Positions 57,992 through 64,000 of a stretch of DNA of 64,000 nt are shown one piece after another. The notes beneath the pieces were generated by a model. The model was not told the DNA's origin and did not search any database. It worked only from the letters and a program-made list of their open reading frames with translations. A program made the position numbers and the translations under genes. The first letter of the stretch is position 1, and each line of letters starts with the position of its first letter. The DNA lies in the NCBI GenBank assembly GCA_964247055.1, contig OZ176053.1:4836001-4900000 (forward strand), in the 5' to 3' direction. Source of the DNA: Paragordius varius (Eukaryota; Animalia; Nematomorpha).

Positions 57992-58441
57992 CCATTTGCA
58001 CTTCAAGAGTGTCCTTGAACACTTCAAGTTGGCCCTTCAACATTTTAAGTTGGTCCTTGAATTTAAGTTGGTCCTTGAACACTTCAAGTTGGTCCTTGAT
58101 CACTTCGGGTCCTTAAGATTTTTAAATATTGATTTAACCATAATTATTGTATATATTTTTTTTATTTTATTATTTTTTAACCTAATTTCCTTTATTAAAT
58201 ATATATGTTTCTCATTTAAAATATATTTTTTAATTAGGAAATATCCAAAATAATTTTAAAAAATCAAAAAAAGATATACTGTTTTTCAATTATTAATAAT
58301 TGATATTGATTTGAAATTATGTTAAATAATTGAAAATAGGTCAAAAACGATAAAATAGATGAATGATTTACGATTTGATTGATAAAAGTTTAAAACAAAA
58401 CCAACTCGAAGTGTTCAAGGACCAACTTGAAATGCAAATGG
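57992..58441. mobile_element. TA-flanked MITE (CCATTTG family), copy 2, with subterminal 21-bp tandem repeats
   Basis: ta|ccatttgcacttcaag ... cttgaaatgcaaatgg|ta (15/16 TIR match); repeat unit cttcaagttggtccttgaaca occurs about 5 times. Confidence 0.85.
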
Positions 58442-59061
58442 TATATCCCAAATTGACATAAAATATAAGACTGTGTTTTAATTGGTTGAAATCAAAATTT
58501 AATTAGTTAGCATGAATGTTGACATTTATGGTATTAATTGAGTGATTATTAAGTATATCGAGTGTCGGATAAAAAAATTACGTATAAGTCGATATGAGAT
58601 AATGTAAGTTTACATATGTTTATTTATGTGAAAAAATTGTACATATATATAAATTTACAAAGACGGAACGCAAAAACTAAAAGACAATTGAAATGACAGT
58701 CATACTTTTTTAAACTTACTTTTATGATAACAATTATGTTGTATATGAGGGCGGGCAGCATGTGGCCCTCCGAGACTCTTTGTACCGGCCTCTAAAAAGT
58801 TGAAAATCCACAATTTGCAAAAATATGTTTACAAAATATTAGTAAAATCAATAATAAGTCTTTTTAATTGGTAACAAACTAGAAATAATTGTTTGATTGT
58901 GTTTACATTTTATATTCGTATGTTTAAAATCTAATAAATTAATTATGAATGCCCATATATATTCTAAATGCGGTTCTCCATTTTTTTTAGTTCAATATGG
59001 CCTGCGAAGCCATTTTGGTGGGACACCCCTGATTTATATAATTGAATTTGTTACCAATTTC

Positions 59062-59320
59062 CAGTGGGGTAACTAGTGGGGGGAAAGGGGGGCTGATACA
59101 CCGGGTGCCATAGTTGGAGGGGCGCCGGATTTAAAATTTGTAATTTTGTTTCAAAAAAAATAGGTGTTTAAAAGTTATCTTTTAAATAATAAATACAAAA
59201 TGACCTATTTATGAGTGGTCATGACCATGGTTATAAAAAATACAAGGGGTTGTTTGGAGGGGGAGGGGGCGCTATCACGGATTCCCGCACTGGGCGCCAG
59301 AAATGTAAGCTACGCATCTG
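59062..59320. mobile_element. hAT-type MITE (CAGTGG family; a related right end lies at ~51780-51842)
   Basis: cagtggggtaact ... agctacgcatctg, flanked by ccaatttc / ccaatttg (7/8 TSD match). Confidence 0.7.
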
Positions 59321-59941
59321 CCAATTTGCATCTTTATATTTTGCCACCCCAAACGATAAAATACATTTAAGATTAACGTTTAAAAAAGTATGGTTGTATG
59401 TTTTAAAATAAATTTCCAATAGTTTTAATGTTTTGCCTTTATAATTTTATTTTTTACCATATTTTTATAAAGATAAGCTAAATAGGATATAAATATAAAA
59501 ATATCAAGGTGTAAAAATTTGTATACATAAGAGCCTTGTTTTTAAAAAAACCGGCTTCAAAGCGATCATAGAAATTAGGGATCGGTCTTTTCTTCAGGTA
59601 TCATATTTTATGGGTGTTTCAATTTAAAAAATAACTGTGTTAAAGCGGTTTTCGTAAAAATGAATTATGTGGTTAAGCCTTGAGCAGTGGTAACCTTGGT
59701 GGTAAAACCAAGAAACGGCACCTGGCTCTATAAAAATATATATCTTTCACATTCCTGAATCGAAAATTAAACAATTTTATTTTTAGCCTATTTATATCCA
59801 TATTATTATCATTTTTAATACATAATATAGCTCTTCATTTCATCTATTTATACCTACAGTTTTGCTAAAATGTATTATACAAAATTAAGTTAAATCCTTT
59901 ACTCTTAGTTAAATTGTAAATTTATCATATTTGCAAATATA

Positions 59942-60426
59942 CCATTTGAACTTTAAAAGTATCCTAGAACACTCTGAACACTTTAGGTTGGTCCTTAAAC
60001 TATTATTTTTTTGAATTTTATCAATTAAACTGTGTATGATTAATCTATTTTATCATATTTAACCTATTCTCTTGATTTGACCAAACCTTTATATCAAAAT
60101 CAACTTTTGAACATTGAGAAACCAGATATCTTTTTTATGTTCTTAAAAAATATATTGATAAAAAGATTTTAACGTGTAATTAAAAAAAAACAAGTTTTTT
60201 GTGTTATTAATTACAATTTTTGTTGAAAACATTTAAAAGTATCTTATTGTTGGATTGAATTTTGAGTAGTCATATAATAAATCAAGAAGATTAGGTTACA
60301 ATAAAACAAATAAACACATGCAAAATTTATCGTTAAATTCAAATTTAAAATTTTAAGGACCAACTTAAAGTGTTCCAACTTAAATGTTCAAGGATCAACT
60401 TGAAGTGTTTAAGGAACTTGAAAATT
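59942..60426. mobile_element. TA-flanked MITE (CCATTTG family), copy 3, more decayed
   Basis: ta|ccatttgaacttt...ggttggtcctt on the left; aaggaccaacttaaagtg...gaagtgtttaagg on the right. Confidence 0.6.
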
Positions 60427-61449
60427 GTATAATAAAAAAGGTAAAAGCACAAAATCTATTCATTTTTTACATATTAAAGATTTACTTAAGTTTATTTTTG
60501 CATTTTTTACAGTTATTTTCTAATCATCAATGATAATATCGATAAAAGGGCAAAGGCCAAGATTACGAGATAATAAATTTGAAATAAATTTATAAGTTGT
60601 AAAAACATTATAAATGTCACTAGAATATTTATAAAATTAAATCTGAAGATTTTTAACATGATGTAAACGTTTTAAATTAAATAGTATAAAAACACTTTTT
60701 TACATAACACGGTACGGCCAAAATAAAATAACTCATAGCATTTTTATTTTGATATTCAGTCCCCTTTTTAATTATTAAAATAAATTGAATGCAAACTGAT
60801 AATACTTTTTAAATCTAGCAAAAATTATTTATACCGTTATCAGAAGCAATATGGTATAAACTATATAATAATGCAAACATATACATTTACGTAAGCAATG
60901 GCACAACTTGTATAATAGTTTTTCTTTTTTGTTATATTATTCAAGCATTTCTAAAAATAAATTTTTAAACGCAAAGAACAAAATTAATATATTTAATTGA
61001 GTTTAAAAAGAGTTCAGGCTGCCTTAGAATCCAAGGATTAAATCCCATTTATATTTAACCAAAAAAGTTACATTTTTATTAAAACAAATATTTATTTGAT
61101 TTATTTTTATTGCATGGAATAAGTAAAACGCAAAGTCTAACTATCAAAGTTCGGTAGATTTTTTTGGTTGATTAACAATTTGGCTTGTACAGGTGGTGGA
61201 ATCGACTGCGCTAGATGCCACACAACCAAATATATCATTGGCAAATAACATGTTGTTCACGCAATAGCCTTCAACAAACACCCCACCAAAACATCTTCGA
61301 AACTGTTTACAACCGGTTCCAATTTTAGCTAAATTATGTATAATAGAAAAAAATGAGTTTGTTTTGATTAACCAATGATCGTGATAGTAACAATTGTTAA
61401 AGTATGCGCTATAGTCTAAATTTTTTGGCTAATCGACATAGTATTACCT

Positions 61450-62450
61450 ATAACTATAAATAATTGCCCGCCCGCCTTTTTTTAGTAATAACCGCTTTGC
61501 AGCAACATGAAAATCCTGATATTATGGATTGTTTGTGATAACTAATTTATTGGCTTACGAAACATTGTAATATGCCGACAAATTTTAGGCCGAAACTTTC
61601 ATCTTTAATTATAGTGATGGGACTAAAAAATTACTAAAAAACGGCTAATAATATCATCTTCCTAAAAAATTCAAATATAGCCCCATGGAAACCCACATGG
61701 CGAACTTCTGACGGACAAAAACAAAGTCGCTTAAGTATGTGAAAAATATCATAGTATGGATCTAATGCAAATAATATACTGACAAACACCAAAATCCCGG
61801 CTACCTCCAATTCTTAACGAAGAAATAGAATGGACAAGAATTTCTTATTAACAAAGCGGAATACATAACATACCCAGGAAACTATTCAGCATATACCTTT
61901 CAAAATCAATCTCTATTTAAAAAAATTTCAACCATGAAAGTTTCCAATAAATGACTGGTTAAAATTAATGGTGATACCTATCTATAAAAAAGGTTATCCT
62001 AAAAATTTGCAAAAATACCACAATATCACTAATTAATGAAGCCGTAAATGTTTTTAAAAAAATATTCCAGGGCGATTGCAATATATGAGCCAGAACTATC
62101 TTTCAAAGCGGATTCTGGGGAAAATAGTCGTTAGCAACCTTAGATGGATAACGTTAAAAAATGGGACTAGTAAATTAAATTTCATCTTTGTTTTGCAAAC
62201 TTTTCCAAAGCTTATGACTCTGTGGGAAACAATACATTATACTTTTTAGCTGATGCAGTTTTTTGTCAGGTTTCCTTCAACCCATATACTTGGCCTTATT
62301 AGTAGCCAAGCCCCACGAGCCATACCCTAGTCCGAATGAAGAGCGGTCTGTGGCACTGCATATTATATCCGTTGCTATTTAGTGTTTGTGTATATAGAAA
62401 GCATTTTCCTCACTGTTGATTCAAATGGAGTCCAAACGAATTTTTTTAAT
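61450..62450 (+). mobile_element. Heavily decayed RTE-like LINE fragment
   Basis: Residual DWLKLMVIPIYKKG, FANFSKAYDSV and VRMKSGLWHCILYPLLFSVC, paralleling the element at 8734-11997. Confidence 0.65.
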
Positions 62451-62947
62451 AACTAACTTAATCCGCACCAATACAATTGTTTATCTTTAAATAAACAAAA
62501 CTGTTGTAAATACTGGGACCCCTTACGATACACTTTTTAAAACAAAGCACATTATGAGAGAGATCATGCTGATTAACATGTATTTTCCTAATTTTTAATC
62601 GTAGTAGTTTGTATGTTTATAATCATTTTAAGTTGAGTGGACCTCTCCACAAACTATTCGTGAATGTGTGGGGACCTCATTTAAATTAAATCATTTTTAT
62701 GTTCCAAATAAATCTAAAGAATAATATTTAATTTTATATATTTTTTCTCAAAAAGGATGATGCGCATATCATATATTTTCCCATAAATGGAATCATGGGA
62801 AGTGGGAGAGTAGGAGTCTACTGAACTACAAAAAGCAAACAAGGGTTTTGCTTTAATCCAAAGGTCATCAATTTAATTAAAACATTTGATAAAAAGTAGA
62901 TGTTAATTTTTGTGTTTAGACCAAGGACACTGAATATTAAAACTAAC

Positions 62948-63704
62948 CTTCTATAAAGTCATCGTATTTATCACAAACTTTATGGCATATTCCTTGAGTT
63001 ACACATCTTTGTTGTGTGTTATCAAAAAAGGTATTCTGTGGACAATCAATTATTGAGTTTTGACCCTTTGCTTTGCAAATTATATACCTTTATTTATGTA
63101 ATGATATAATAAAATTTGTATTTGATTGGGCTAAGTTTGAATATTGAATATATATGATTATATAAACTGTTAATTAATCATGCATTAATTACTTGGAGTC
63201 GGGCATGAAAGAAATAATTAACTATCCTGAATATTATTAAAAAGACCCAATATCAATTATTTCAGCTGAGGAAGATATACGTTCATGGTATAATGTAATG
63301 TTTTTCCCAACTGTTTCATTGAGATGTGGGAGAGACACCATTTGATCCATATAATGTTGGTCAGGGACAATATTTCCGCTTGCTCTAGCTAGAGCATCCT
63401 TTATTGCAGGTTGTAAAGGGAGGGATCGATCACTATACAACAAATTGTGCGATTCAATTAGAGAGTCTCCAGACTGAGTATTTCCTTGATAATCGATTAA
63501 ACAAGCGCTCCTTTTAGCATTATTCATAAGACTGGCTTGTTGCGCGAAACCCGACAATGTGAGCACATAATTATCGCGCTTGTTGACATTATTCTCATTC
63601 GCCATTCTATTACTTGTTTGTAAATCGGGAACCAAGTGTGATGTGGATATTGGGCACACAAAATATCCCAATATTGCATAAACGCAAAGCATCGGAAGAA
63701 TCAT
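62948..63704 (-). CDS. Putative secreted protein: 155-codon first ORF with a signal peptide and two KR sites, plus a probable Cys-rich (CBM14/peritrophin-A-like) exon at ~62948-63090; exon linkage uncertain
   Basis: MILPMLCVYAILGYFVCPISTS-; NKR...AKR. The downstream frame YIICKAKGQNSIIDCPQNTFFDNTQQRCVTQGICHKVC is phase-compatible with a GG|gtcttt donor near 63246. Confidence 0.55.
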
Positions 63705-64000
63705 GTTAAAAATTTAGTGAATCTGTCTATAATTCGTTTAAACAAAAATGTTAAATTTTATATACAATCGATTTTGGTAAAAAACGTGTAATGCTAGGTA
63801 AGCAATATTATCATCTTACATCAAATATTTTTTACACCTAAACGTCTAAATAAACAATGATGTAATAATTCTAGTAATACATATTTAGGCGTATTACGTC
63901 TATAAACTTATTTTTCTTCGTTCGGCTAAGAATAATATTTGTTTAATACCGTGTATAACCTTGAAAATATTTTTCCGATACCGTTTCTGATTTATAAAAG

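Noticed and set aside
57996-58253. Short direct repeats and an LEHFKLV-repeat ORF resembling a CRISPR array or repeat protein
   Set aside because: The 21-bp units are contiguous with no spacers and lie within a TA-flanked MITE; there are no cas genes and the context is eukaryotic.

Overview
A very AT-rich eukaryotic (metazoan-type) genomic window; no prokaryotic features, CRISPR array, rRNA or tRNA genes were found. Seven conserved housekeeping genes can be assembled across GT-AG introns: CSTF1 (3' part), DCAF6, MRPL9, DTYMK, YOD1/OTU1, PFKFB and RPS23. At least 11 introns are only 22-26 nt, which points to a reduced, probably parasitic animal lineage. Myxozoan cnidarians or dicyemids are candidates, but the taxon cannot be fixed from this window. 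Other introns and the intergenic space are re-expanded by degenerate transposons: RTE LINEs, a Gypsy element, hAT elements, Helitrons and MITEs. Highlights: (1) an intronless, atypical rhodopsin-like GPCR nested in a DCAF6 intron; (2) an RTE LINE with a twin-priming-type 5' inversion; (3) two compact C/D snoRNAs in the two longer RPS23 introns; (4) a palindromic two-way poly(A) signal shared by MRPL9 and DTYMK; (5) three lineage-specific genes, namely a 36-38-aa tandem-repeat protein with PP1-docking-like motifs, a secreted acidic Ser-Gly proteoglycan-like protein, and a secreted KR-site protein with a probable chitin-binding-like exon. All gene models were spliced by eye and family assignments come from remembered motifs; no database search was run.
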